The translations under genes and the position numbers were made by a program. The notes beneath the pieces are model-generated. The model worked only from the letters and a program-made list of their open reading frames with translations, did no database searches and was not told the origin of the DNA. From a virus (lineage: Duplodnaviria > Caudoviricetes), in the IMG/VR virus record IMGVR_UViG_3300032232_001021, positions 1 through 29,478 of that record: DNA of 29,478 nt; one strand, written 5' to 3'. Position 1 is the first letter of the stretch. The number at the start of each line of letters is the position of its first letter. Positions 9,116 to 17,262 of the stretch are shown piece after piece.

Positions 9116-10203
9116 TGCCAGCTAATGCACCTACACTTACAGTTTCGTTTAGTAACGGCGGAGCTTATACTGCGGTTAGCGCTGATCTTTTGTTGTCTGT
9201 TGAGATACGTAGAGGTCGTCAATATCAAAATGATTTCCTGGAATCAGGAACCGCCGATGTAGTTCTTAACAACCAATCTGGTGCTTTTGATCCAAGTAAT
9301 ACAACAAGTCCATGGTATGGAATTTTAATTGCTGGAATGCAAGTAAGAATTCAAGGTAATGCAACAACGATCTATACGGGTTATTTAGAAAACAATGAAG
9401 TAAACCAAGGTATTTATCCTACAGTTTCATTAACATTTGTTGACGGTCTTGCACAAATTGCAAAGGCAATTGCACCTGCTTTAGCAACTAGTGATTATTC
9501 AGAAACTGCAGCATTAAGAGCAACTAGAGCGCTTGATCTTGCTTCATGGACTGCTGCACGCAGTCTTACAGGAACCACTGTTATGCAAAAGACAAAACAA
9601 AATATGAGTTGTCTTGAAATGCTAGAACAATGTGCAAACTGTATTGGCGGACGTTTCTATGTAAGTCGCACAGGAACCGCAACTCTAGTCCCACTATCTG
9701 ACAAGTTTACGCGGCCAACTCAATTATTATTTAGCGATCAGGGCGATGCCAATAGTGTTGGTTATGACGGTATTATTACTAATCCAGGAACTGATTATGT
9801 TTACAATGAAGCAATAGTATTTAGAGGTCCAAAGAAAGCTCAAAAAACAGCAAAGTTTACATCTAGCGTTTCTACATATGGACTTAAATCTAAAAAACTA
9901 GATGCACCTATCTTAAACGAAACTAGTGCTGCCAATCTTGCTTTGTATGCTGCTAGAAAAGATGCTGATGCAGTTGTATTAGCAGAACAAATAGATTTTA
10001 CAGCAATAGGTATTGGTGCACTTGCCACAGATATGCTTGAAACTGAATTAAATGATCTTGTCCAAGTTAAGCGTCTTACATATGATGGTAGAAATATCAC
10101 CATCAATTGTGTTGTAGAAGGATTAGCTCACTCAATAACAGCAGATAATTGGAGAGTTAGTTACTTCACGTCTGTAGTTGATCCGTATACGATTACGATT
10201 TAG
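9115..10203 (+). CDS. Minor tail/baseplate hub protein
   Basis: 362 aa after TMP; VEIRRGRQ...GTADVVLNNQSGAFDPSN pattern typical of tail-tip proteins. Confidence 0.7.
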   Translation: MPANAPTLTVSFSNGGAYTAVSADLLLSVEIRRGRQYQNDFLESGTADVVLNNQSGAFDPSNTTSPWYGILIAGMQVRIQGNATTIYTGYLENNEVNQGIYPTVSLTFVDGLAQIAKAIAPALATSDYSETAALRATRALDLASWTAARSLTGTTVMQKTKQNMSCLEMLEQCANCIGGRFYVSRTGTATLVPLSDKFTRPTQLLFSDQGDANSVGYDGIITNPGTDYVYNEAIVFRGPKKAQKTAKFTSSVSTYGLKSKKLDAPILNETSAANLALYAARKDADAVVLAEQIDFTAIGIGALATDMLETELNDLVQVKRLTYDGRNITINCVVEGLAHSITADNWRVSYFTSVVDPYTITI

Positions 10204-10211
10204 GGGAAATA

Positions 10212-11765
10212 ATGCCACTTTGTCCGCAAATCACAATCACTCCGATTACAGTTACTTCAACTGGAATGACTCAGACTTCAATCATTCCTATTGTTGCAGC
10301 CACTACAGAAGAGACTGACGAACTTCAAGTTGAGATCAATTCTATTGAAGCATCTGTCAATGGTAAGAATCACATATATCGCCAAACAACTGCTCCTGAC
10401 GGATCAGTTTATCCTTTAACTGAAGGTGATGTTTGGTTTGATACAGATGATGGAAATAAACAATACTATTGGACTGGTACTGCTTGGGTTTCTGTTCAAG
10501 ATACCGGAATTGCAGCAGCAGAAGCTGGCGCAGCAGCAGCCGTAACTGCAGCAGCAGCAGCAACAGCGGCGGCATCAGCAGCGCAAACTACAGCAGATGG
10601 TAAAAATAAGATTTATAGGCAAGGCACAACTCCAACAGGAACTTTTTCAGTTGGAGATCTTTGGTTTGATACATCAAATGACAACCGCATTTCTCGTTGG
10701 GATGGTTCTAGTTGGGTTCAATATGGTCTTGGTAACCTTGCTATTGCAAACCTTGACGCGGGAAAGATTACAACTGGCTTTCTAGCTGCTGGTCGTATAC
10801 AAGCAGCATCTTTGGATGCTTCAGTACTTGTTGCAGGTTCAATTACCGCAGTTGAAATTGCTGCAGGCACGATCACCGGCGCCAAAATAGCAGCTGGCAC
10901 AATCGTTGCTAGCAACATTGCTACTGCGACTATTACTGCAACACAGATCGCTGCTGGCACCATCACTGGCGATAGGATAGATGTTGGGACCATTGAGGCG
11001 ATCAATATCGCCGTTGAGACCATCACGGCACTTGAAATCGAGGCTGGCTCAATTACGGTGGACCGTTTACAAGTTGGCACTTTGACCGCTTTCACACTTA
11101 GAACTTCATCAGGCGCTCGCCGAGTTACAGTATCGGCCTCTACAAACTCGATCTCATTCACAGAGTCCAGCTCAACCGTTGGCCACATTGGCCCAGCTTC
11201 TACCAGCGGCATCATTATGCATTACGGCTCAACATTTAACCCTGCTGCGACTACTTATCCGCATGCTTATGTTTCATCAGGTAGCGCTCAGATTGCCTAC
11301 AGTTCAGGCATTTACGTTATCGCGAACTCCACGGGCGTGCAAGTGAATGGCAACTTTTACACTTTTGACGCTTTTTACAATCAAGACTCATCAACCAGCG
11401 CGAACGCCGCAAACACCCGCATGGACACAGACGGACGTACTCGTCGTAGCACAGCTTCAAGCCAACGATATAAGGAAAACATTGTAGGTCTACGTACTAT
11501 TGATTACCTTGATCCGAATAAATTGCTTACATTGCCAGTTCGTGCATTTAGTTACAAAACAGACTATTTGGATTCTGCAGATGATCGTGCAGGACTTATG
11601 ATGCCAGGTTTTATTGCAGAAGAAGTTGCTGATATTTATCCAATAGCTGCGGATAAAGATAAAGGAATAGTAGAATCTTGGAATGACCGTATGATTGTTC
11701 CAGGTATGTTGGCTTTAATTCAAGATCTAAATACACGTATAAAAATACTTGAGGATAAGTCATGA
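10212..11765 (+). CDS. Tail fiber/receptor-binding protein with C-terminal intramolecular chaperone (peptidase S74-like)
   Basis: Two GD(V/L)WFDT..W.G..WV repeats, Ala-rich linker, 10-aa AGTITA repeats, SSQRYKENI cleavage motif, GFIAEEV, terminal coiled coil. Confidence 0.88.
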   Translation: MPLCPQITITPITVTSTGMTQTSIIPIVAATTEETDELQVEINSIEASVNGKNHIYRQTTAPDGSVYPLTEGDVWFDTDDGNKQYYWTGTAWVSVQDTGIAAAEAGAAAAVTAAAAATAAASAAQTTADGKNKIYRQGTTPTGTFSVGDLWFDTSNDNRISRWDGSSWVQYGLGNLAIANLDAGKITTGFLAAGRIQAASLDASVLVAGSITAVEIAAGTITGAKIAAGTIVASNIATATITATQIAAGTITGDRIDVGTIEAINIAVETITALEIEAGSITVDRLQVGTLTAFTLRTSSGARRVTVSASTNSISFTESSSTVGHIGPASTSGIIMHYGSTFNPAATTYPHAYVSSGSAQIAYSSGIYVIANSTGVQVNGNFYTFDAFYNQDSSTSANAANTRMDTDGRTRRSTASSQRYKENIVGLRTIDYLDPNKLLTLPVRAFSYKTDYLDSADDRAGLMMPGFIAEEVADIYPIAADKDKGIVESWNDRMIVPGMLALIQDLNTRIKILEDKS

Positions 11766-11917
11766 AGTACTATTTAGTCGGATTTAATGACGACGGCGTG
11801 TTGGTTACAGAGCAAGTCTCTGCCACAGATTCTGACAAAGCAAAAATAGAGGCACAATCTTTACACCCAGATTTACAGATAATTGCTGTAAAGTTACTAA
11901 AACAAGGGGGAAACTAA
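11762..11917 (+). CDS. Hypothetical protein (51 aa; not in ORF track)
   Basis: MKYYLVGFNDDGVLVTEQVSATDSDKAKIEAQSLHPDLQIIAVKLLKQGGN; ATGA overlap and GAGG RBS. Confidence 0.65.
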   Translation: MKYYLVGFNDDGVLVTEQVSATDSDKAKIEAQSLHPDLQIIAVKLLKQGGN

Positions 11918-12063
11918 TGGACGACAAAACAGAACTGGACATCAATGTTGTTATTGCTGTACTAAGAGAGCAGATTGGTCTGTTAGCTCTAGACAAAGCA
12001 ATGTTGACAGCTAGAGTGGGGGATCTCGAATTAAAACTCAAGGAGAAGAATGACTGTGAATGA
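11917..12063 (+). CDS. Small coiled-coil hypothetical protein (48 aa; not in ORF track)
   Basis: MDDKTELDINVVIAVLREQIGLLALDKAMLTARVGDLELKLKEKNDCE; AAGGGGG RBS, TAATG overlap. Confidence 0.7.
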   Translation: MDDKTELDINVVIAVLREQIGLLALDKAMLTARVGDLELKLKEKNDCE

Positions 12064-12277
12064 CTGGGCTGCTTTAATACTTGCGGTCATATCGATACTA
12101 GGTTCGTTTGTAATTGCCATACGTTGGCTAGTTAAACATTTCCTAAATGAATTAAAACCAAACGGTGGATCTAGTCTAAAAGACTCTGTTGCAAGATTAG
12201 AAACTCAAATGGAATTAGTAATAACAATGTTAACTCTAGGGGGCAAGGATGAAAAACCTAAAAGAAATAGCAACTGA
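12050..12277 (+). CDS. Membrane protein of the lysis cassette (holin-like)
   Basis: N-terminal TM helix followed by ELKPNGGSSLKDSVARLE; directly upstream of the endolysin. Confidence 0.7.
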   Translation: MTVNDWAALILAVISILGSFVIAIRWLVKHFLNELKPNGGSSLKDSVARLETQMELVITMLTLGGKDEKPKRNSN

Positions 12278-12716
12278 ATATATTGGTTATACAGAAGGCA
12301 AGAATAACGACACAATTTTTGGCAAGTGGTTTGGATTAAATAATCAACCTTGGTGTGCAATGTCCGCATCTAAGATTTATCACGAAGCCGGTTTAATAAG
12401 TCAAGTGGCTCCAAAAGCTAAACCAAAAGGCTATGCCTCTTGTGATGAATGGCTGAAGTATCTAACAAAAAACAATCAGTTAATACCAATCGGACAAGCA
12501 AAGCAAGGTGATCTTGTTTTCTTTCAGTTTGATACAGATGCAGAACCAGATCATGTCGGTATTGTCCAATGGCACAATACAACCTTAAAATACTTAAATG
12601 TCTGGGAAGGTAATACGTCGGACAGTAGAAATGGAAGTCAATCTAATGGTGACGGGTTCTATCTAAAACGCAGAAAGTACGATACAATTATGGCAATTGC
12701 ACGTCCAAAGAAATAA
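12249..12716 (+). CDS. Endolysin, CHAP-family amidase/peptidase
   Basis: PWCAM (catalytic Cys), GDLVFF, DHVGIV (His), EGNT. Confidence 0.88.
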   Translation: MKNLKEIATEYIGYTEGKNNDTIFGKWFGLNNQPWCAMSASKIYHEAGLISQVAPKAKPKGYASCDEWLKYLTKNNQLIPIGQAKQGDLVFFQFDTDAEPDHVGIVQWHNTTLKYLNVWEGNTSDSRNGSQSNGDGFYLKRRKYDTIMAIARPKK

Positions 12717-12725
12717 AGGAGTGTC

Positions 12726-12920
12726 ATGAAACTTAAAGCAAAGCACAAATCAGCAATCAAATCTTACTTAAGAGCGGTTCTTGCCTCTGGCATTACAGTG
12801 ATTCTTGCAATTGCAGCAGATATGCGTCCTGAGTATGCAGTCCTACTTGGATCTATTATTGCTCCAATTGTTAAGTCAATTGATCCAAAAGAAAAAGAAT
12901 TCGGTATAGGAAGTAACTAA
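12726..12920 (+). CDS. Putative holin
   Basis: 64 aa with two hydrophobic segments, SYLRAVLA and DPKEKEFG; follows the endolysin. Confidence 0.7.
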   Translation: MKLKAKHKSAIKSYLRAVLASGITVILAIAADMRPEYAVLLGSIIAPIVKSIDPKEKEFGIGSN

Positions 12921-13171
12921 TGATGAGCTCGGGGGACTTATCAAAAGCAATCAATGATCTTTTGAATGAACAGACTAAACCACTCTGTACGGTTGGCAAG
13001 ATTAAACTAGAGTTACTTCCATCTGATGCTGATGCTTTAGAAAACTTAATTCAATCTAAAGTTACTATTATACAAATTGTTAACCTTCTTAGAACACACG
13101 GTTTTCAATTAGGAAATACTGTACTCACAGTCCATCGCAAAAAACAATGCCCGTGTTTTAGGACCCCATGA
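12920..13171 (+). CDS. Small hypothetical protein (possible HTH/metal-binding)
   Basis: 83 aa, C-terminal HRKKQCPC; coupled to the phosphoesterase gene. Confidence 0.6.
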   Translation: MMSSGDLSKAINDLLNEQTKPLCTVGKIKLELLPSDADALENLIQSKVTIIQIVNLLRTHGFQLGNTVLTVHRKKQCPCFRTP

Positions 13172-14217
13172 CTTTATCTGACGACGCTAAGAAACTGCAA
13201 CTAGAAGTAGACGAATCAGTTTCAGAACTTCGTCAGACACTTGTACGGACACAAAAAGAATTATCTAAAGCAAAGCAACGTACCGAAGAATTAGTAGAAG
13301 CCACAATCCAAGCATGTAAAGATGCAACTTTGGCTTTAGGACCAATGAAGCCTATTGAAGGTCCAAAACCTGACAAACGCCGAAAGCGAGCAGAAGTTGC
13401 TTTATGGCATCTTACCGATTGGCAAGGCGCAAAAGTAACTCCTAGTTATAACTCAGAAATCATGAGAACTAGAGTCATGGACTTTACAACCAAGGCAACT
13501 AAAATTACTGAAATACAAAGACAAGACCATCCAGTCAATGATGTTGTAGTTTGCTTTGGTGGAGACATGGTTGAAGGTCTTTTTAACTATCCAGCTCAGT
13601 TATGGGAAATTGATCTTAGTCTTTATGATCAGTACATAACGGTTAGCCGTTTGATTGTAGATGTAGTAAGACAAGCATTAGCGATTTACGAACGCGTAAC
13701 TGTTATTGCAGAATGGGGAAACCATGGCAGAATCGGAAACAAAAGGGCGGATGTACCGAAGTCTGATAATTTTGATCGTATGTGTTATGAGCTTGCGCGT
13801 CAGTTATTATGTTCTGAAGAAGCGACTGCTAAAAGACTAACATGGGATCCACGTCATGGTGTTGAAGATATTCAACGCATTGAGATTGGCAATTATCGAG
13901 CTTTGCTTATGCATGGCGATGAAGTTGGTAGATCTGGTTTCGCTTCTCCGGCCGGATGGCAAGCAGCTGGAAACCGTTGGAAAGCCGGAGCGTACGACTG
14001 GGAATTTCAAGATATATACCTCGGTCATTACCATCGTCATGCACAAGAACCACTTTCAGATGGCCTTGGATCTGTATATTGGACCGGTTCGACAGAGTCC
14101 GATAACCGCTACGCACGAGACTCTATGGCCGCCTCAGGTGTTCCTTCTCAAAGATTGCACTTCATTGATCCCGAACGAGGTCGTGTCACTGCTTGTTATC
14201 AAGTTTGGTTAGACTAA
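13168..14217 (+). CDS. Calcineurin-like metallophosphoesterase with N-terminal coiled coil
   Basis: LTDWQ, GGDMVEG, WGNHGR, MHGD, LGHYH motifs in canonical order. Confidence 0.85.
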   Translation: MTLSDDAKKLQLEVDESVSELRQTLVRTQKELSKAKQRTEELVEATIQACKDATLALGPMKPIEGPKPDKRRKRAEVALWHLTDWQGAKVTPSYNSEIMRTRVMDFTTKATKITEIQRQDHPVNDVVVCFGGDMVEGLFNYPAQLWEIDLSLYDQYITVSRLIVDVVRQALAIYERVTVIAEWGNHGRIGNKRADVPKSDNFDRMCYELARQLLCSEEATAKRLTWDPRHGVEDIQRIEIGNYRALLMHGDEVGRSGFASPAGWQAAGNRWKAGAYDWEFQDIYLGHYHRHAQEPLSDGLGSVYWTGSTESDNRYARDSMAASGVPSQRLHFIDPERGRVTACYQVWLD

Positions 14218-14486
14218 TGAACCGCAAAGAGATCTTAGAAGAAGCAACTCGTTTAATTTATAATGATAGGCAAACAGATTATGGAACTCCACAAGAAAAC
14301 CATGATCGTATTGCAAAGCTTTGGAGTGTAGTTTTAGGCATTACCGTAGAACCTTGGCAAGTTGCATTATGCATGAATCAAGTAAAAGTTGCTCGATTAG
14401 TCCAATCACCTGAGAAATTAGATGGTTGGTTAGATGGTGCAGCTTATATGGCTATTGGCGGAGAACTGGCTACGGAGGAAAAATGA
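14217..14486 (+). CDS. DUF6378-like phage protein
   Basis: ILEEATRLIYNDRQTDYGTPQENHDRIAKLWS...KVARL...DGWLDGAAY pattern; ATG 14217 by TAATG coupling. Confidence 0.75.
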   Translation: MNRKEILEEATRLIYNDRQTDYGTPQENHDRIAKLWSVVLGITVEPWQVALCMNQVKVARLVQSPEKLDGWLDGAAYMAIGGELATEEK

Positions 14487-15079
14487 CAACACTCATTGCA
14501 TTTCAGCATGATGATTATTGCATCATCGCCGCAGATACACAAACTACTGGTTATGACATGAGAGCTGATTGTTCTCCTATGGGCAAAATTGCAGAGAATG
14601 GCAAATATTTAGTTTCAGCTGCAGGTTTAGTACGAGGTATGAATCTGATCCAACATGCTTTTAATCCACCAGCACCTCCAAGATCAAAGAATCTGGATAA
14701 GTTTATGGTGACTCAGTTTGTGCCAAATCTGCGTAAAACCTTTGGAATATCAGGTTATGATATTAAATCTGAAGGCTTTCCATCATCATTTGAGAATGAT
14801 TTCATAGTTGCCGTCCAAGGAACTTTGTACTTTATAGATGAAGTATATGGATTAGAAAAAACAAAAGATAAAGTTTATTGCACGGGAACAGGTGCAGCAA
14901 TTGCTCTAGGAGCTGCTCATGCATTAGGAATTGATGAAGCAGATGAATATGAAGATGCAATTGAGATCTTAGAACAAGCAGTCAAAATAGCAATTCGATT
15001 CGATATCAATAGTGGTGGACAAGTACAAGTAGCATTACAAACAAAAGCTGGAAAGAATCACATTGCATTCTTAGATTAA
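14483..15079 (+). CDS. Ntn-hydrolase peptidase (HslV/proteasome beta-like)
   Basis: Start ATG 14483 with GGAGG RBS gives MTTLIAF...IIAADTQTT (N-terminal Thr nucleophile), GKI, GTGAAIALGA, DINSGG. Confidence 0.82.
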   Translation: MTTLIAFQHDDYCIIAADTQTTGYDMRADCSPMGKIAENGKYLVSAAGLVRGMNLIQHAFNPPAPPRSKNLDKFMVTQFVPNLRKTFGISGYDIKSEGFPSSFENDFIVAVQGTLYFIDEVYGLEKTKDKVYCTGTGAAIALGAAHALGIDEADEYEDAIEILEQAVKIAIRFDINSGGQVQVALQTKAGKNHIAFLD

Positions 15080-15085
15080 AATAGC

Positions 15086-15127
15086 AAAAAAAAGCCCCTG
15101 CCTTTCGGCAGGGGACTAATTTTTTTA
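15086..15127. terminator. Bidirectional intrinsic terminator between convergent operons
   Basis: A8 run, stem CCCCTGCC-TTTC-GGCAGGGG (15095-15114), T-run downstream. Confidence 0.88.
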
Positions 15128-15131
15128 TTAA

Positions 15132-15497
15132 CTAAGCATTTGCTTTTTCTACCATAACAAAACCATCCTCTGAAACTAAGTACACAGGACCGTCTTGAAG
15201 TTCTACTGAAGTTTCAGAGCGATTGATCTGAACTGTATCGCCAATTGAAAGAGAAGTATGTGTGCGATTTTCTGGCAGTACTTTTTCAATTGAATTCCAT
15301 AACTCAATATATGGTAAAGAAAAACCAAAATCTGCAAGTTCAGATTTTAGATTAGTTGCATCGTAAATTACATTTAATAAAGTAGGATTTTTAATTTCGT
15401 TTAACTTTCCAGTTAATTCTACGGTTGCAGAAGTAACAAAGCGATTTGCTTCTGGACGATCTCCAAAAGCTTTCCATGTGATTACGATCTGTGACAT
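15132..15497 (-). CDS. Hypothetical protein with YodL-like C-terminal motif
   Basis: 121 aa, strong AGGAGG RBS; HTSLSIGDTVQI...YLVSEDGF resembles the YodL HSLSVSDVV...YYVD..GF signature. Confidence 0.6.
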   Translation of the reverse strand: MSQIVITWKAFGDRPEANRFVTSATVELTGKLNEIKNPTLLNVIYDATNLKSELADFGFSLPYIELWNSIEKVLPENRTHTSLSIGDTVQINRSETSVELQDGPVYLVSEDGFVMVEKANA

Positions 15498-15600
15498 TTT
15501 TTCCTCCTGGCGGTTGGTATGAGCTTGTGCTCATGGATACATTCTAAGGCCGTGGACATCTACTTGTACACTTCATTTAGAACTATTTTTAAGATCTTAT
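15498..15600 (-). promoter_or_regulatory. Promoter/leader cassette 1
   Basis: Minus strand: ATAAGATCTT ... TGTACA-18 nt (contains GTCCAC)-TAGAAT, hairpin ATGAGC-ACAA-GCTCAT, AACCGCCAGGAGGAAAAAATG. Confidence 0.75.
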
Positions 15601-15634
15601 TGTTACTGGCCAGTATATTACCTGCAAGTAACAT

Positions 15635-15673
15635 AAAAAAGGACCCCCTCCATTCGGAAGGGGCCCTTTTTTT
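15635..15673 (-). terminator. Intrinsic terminator after the DUF932 gene
   Basis: Minus strand GGGCCCCTTCC-GAAT-GGAGGGGGTCC followed by T6; two G-U pairs fix the strand. Confidence 0.85.
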
Positions 15674-15681
15674 GTTTATAC

Positions 15682-16650
15682 CTAGCGAACCATCTCCAAG
15701 ACTCGATCTGATAGAGATGTTCCTTGATTCATCATGAATCGCTCGCCAGCCGCAAAATCATTAGCTGAACGAGTCGTGCGGGTCCATTGTTCAAACTCTG
15801 TGAAAGCATTGACAATTCCCCATGCTGTTCCTTTGATGTTCTCTTGAGTCTGGCCGTTCCAGATACCTAGAAGCATTTGGTGACGCTCACGAACATTGTT
15901 TTGCTGACGCTCAGTCATGTTGTTTTCATCTAGAGGAAGAACATCTTTGACGATTGACCAGAAGTCAGAATTAGCAACTTTCTTATCAAATAGAGAAGAT
16001 GAAAGAAGGTTGAATTCTTCATTTGACTTAAGAACAACACCTAGAGTTTGACGAACATCTTCGATCTTGACATTCATACGAGCTGAATGGCGGAAAGAAA
16101 TAGAAGAAGCATTAGTCCAACGTGTCATTCCATTTGTACAGACTAAACGAAGATACTTGATTTCGAAGCGAAGTGAATCTGTTCCATCGTGAGTATTTGA
16201 TGCAACTAGAAATGCTTCGACTGGATCAACATTCTTGAGAGTAAGATCAAGAGTGTTAGGAAGCTTTGCAGCCATGAAGATTTTCTTGCCACCGCGTAGT
16301 TCACCAGCTGACTGGTAAATTGCACCGGCTTCATACATAACAGAATCCACAATGTTGACAATGTCGTTGTTCTGGACAATTGTATATGTAGGAGAAGTGA
16401 TACCAAGAACAGAAGCTGATCCGTCCTTATTGACACGAGTTGTAGCAACTTTGTCTTCAAGTTTGACGATTGTTACACCGTCATTGTTAATTGCTGTAGT
16501 TGAAAGTGAAGTGTGTTGAACTTCCCAGTCAAGATTTGCATTCTCAAGAACTTGAGCTGCAGAGATTTGCTCGTCACTTGAATTTACCCATGTTGCTGTG
16601 CTGATCCATGGAGCCTTGCGACGTGCTGCGTTTTGGATTTGTACTGACAT
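15682..16650 (-). CDS. DUF932-family phage/plasmid protein
   Basis: ANLDWEV, YTIVQN, AGELRGGKKIF, NTHDGT, RLVCTNG, FRHS, GTAWGIVNAFTE; start ATG 16650 behind AGGAGG (322 aa). Confidence 0.88.
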   Translation of the reverse strand: MSVQIQNAARRKAPWISTATWVNSSDEQISAAQVLENANLDWEVQHTSLSTTAINNDGVTIVKLEDKVATTRVNKDGSASVLGITSPTYTIVQNNDIVNIVDSVMYEAGAIYQSAGELRGGKKIFMAAKLPNTLDLTLKNVDPVEAFLVASNTHDGTDSLRFEIKYLRLVCTNGMTRWTNASSISFRHSARMNVKIEDVRQTLGVVLKSNEEFNLLSSSLFDKKVANSDFWSIVKDVLPLDENNMTERQQNNVRERHQMLLGIWNGQTQENIKGTAWGIVNAFTEFEQWTRTTRSANDFAAGERFMMNQGTSLSDRVLEMVR

Positions 16651-16677
16651 TTGTTCCTCCTGGCGATTTATTCTGAT

Positions 16678-16732
16678 GGACTCATCAGCAGTGTCATTTA
16701 ACACTGGACACTCCTTACGGAGTGTTTCGTCC
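16678..16732 (-). ncRNA. Type II hammerhead ribozyme
   Basis: Minus strand GGAC-GAA-ACACUCC-GUAA-GGAGUGU-C^-CAGUGU-UAAAUG-ACACUG-CUGAUGA-GUCC: core GAAA, GUC triplet, CUGAUGA and three perfect stems; fills the intergenic gap. Confidence 0.95.
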
Positions 16733-16983
16733 TAATTAAACTTTACTAATAACTCTGGAGCAAACTTATTTGCGCAAGTTTGTCCAATTGCAAAACAACC
16801 TTGTGAATTTTTTTCATCGCTATTTGGAGCAATTACTTCCCATGAAGTATTAACTTCAAAGAAAAGTGGATTTTTACCAAGCGCACGACCACATTCAGTG
16901 CATAGATCTCCAATTGAATCCAAAGCTTTGCGATTGCTTGGAGCTGAAGAACCTACATTGTACTTGTATGTTGTTGTTGACAT
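16732..16983 (-). CDS. Small Cys-rich (Zn-binding) hypothetical protein, 83 aa
   Basis: Start ATG 16983 behind AGGAGG; CTECGR ... GCFAIGQTCA. Confidence 0.75.
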   Translation of the reverse strand: MSTTTYKYNVGSSAPSNRKALDSIGDLCTECGRALGKNPLFFEVNTSWEVIAPNSDEKNSQGCFAIGQTCANKFAPELLVKFN

Positions 16984-17080
16984 TTTTTCCTCCTGGCGGT
17001 TATGGCAACCGGTTGGTTGCTCATAGGTACATTCAATACTGTCCACCGGCATTTGTACACTCTATTGAATAAGATCTTAT
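16984..17080 (-). promoter_or_regulatory. Promoter/leader cassette 2
   Basis: Minus strand: ATAAGATCTT ... TGTACA-17 nt (contains GTGGAC)-TTGAAT, TATGAGCAACC...GGTTGCCATA hairpin, AACCGCCAGGAGGAAAAAATG. Confidence 0.72.
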
Positions 17081-17262
17081 GGGAACCTTTTGACACCTTT
17101 TGGAGTCCGTTTAGTCCAGATCGAGCGGCCAGGTTTGTCCCAGGACGACGGACATATCGATCCGAGTATATTTATACTCACCACAAATGGACCCGCGTCC
17201 TGGTGGATCCTGGCGGTTCTGGTTAACTTATGTGCCACCGGCCAGAACAGATGTTCTAGTAA

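Noticed and set aside
10510-10600. GCA-rich low-complexity run
   Set aside because: It simply encodes the poly-Ala linker of the tail fiber; not a CRISPR or satellite repeat
343-12041. Many minus-strand ORFs in the structural region (e.g. 2372-2713, 10718-11215, 11805-12041)
   Set aside because: Antisense shadows of well-supported plus-strand genes
16651-16704. ORF-track N-terminal extension of DUF932 (start 16704)
   Set aside because: It runs through the hammerhead and has no RBS; AGGAGG sits directly before ATG 16650
16984-17052. ORF-track N-terminal extension of the 16732 ORF
   Set aside because: It overlaps promoter cassette 2; the RBS supports ATG 16983
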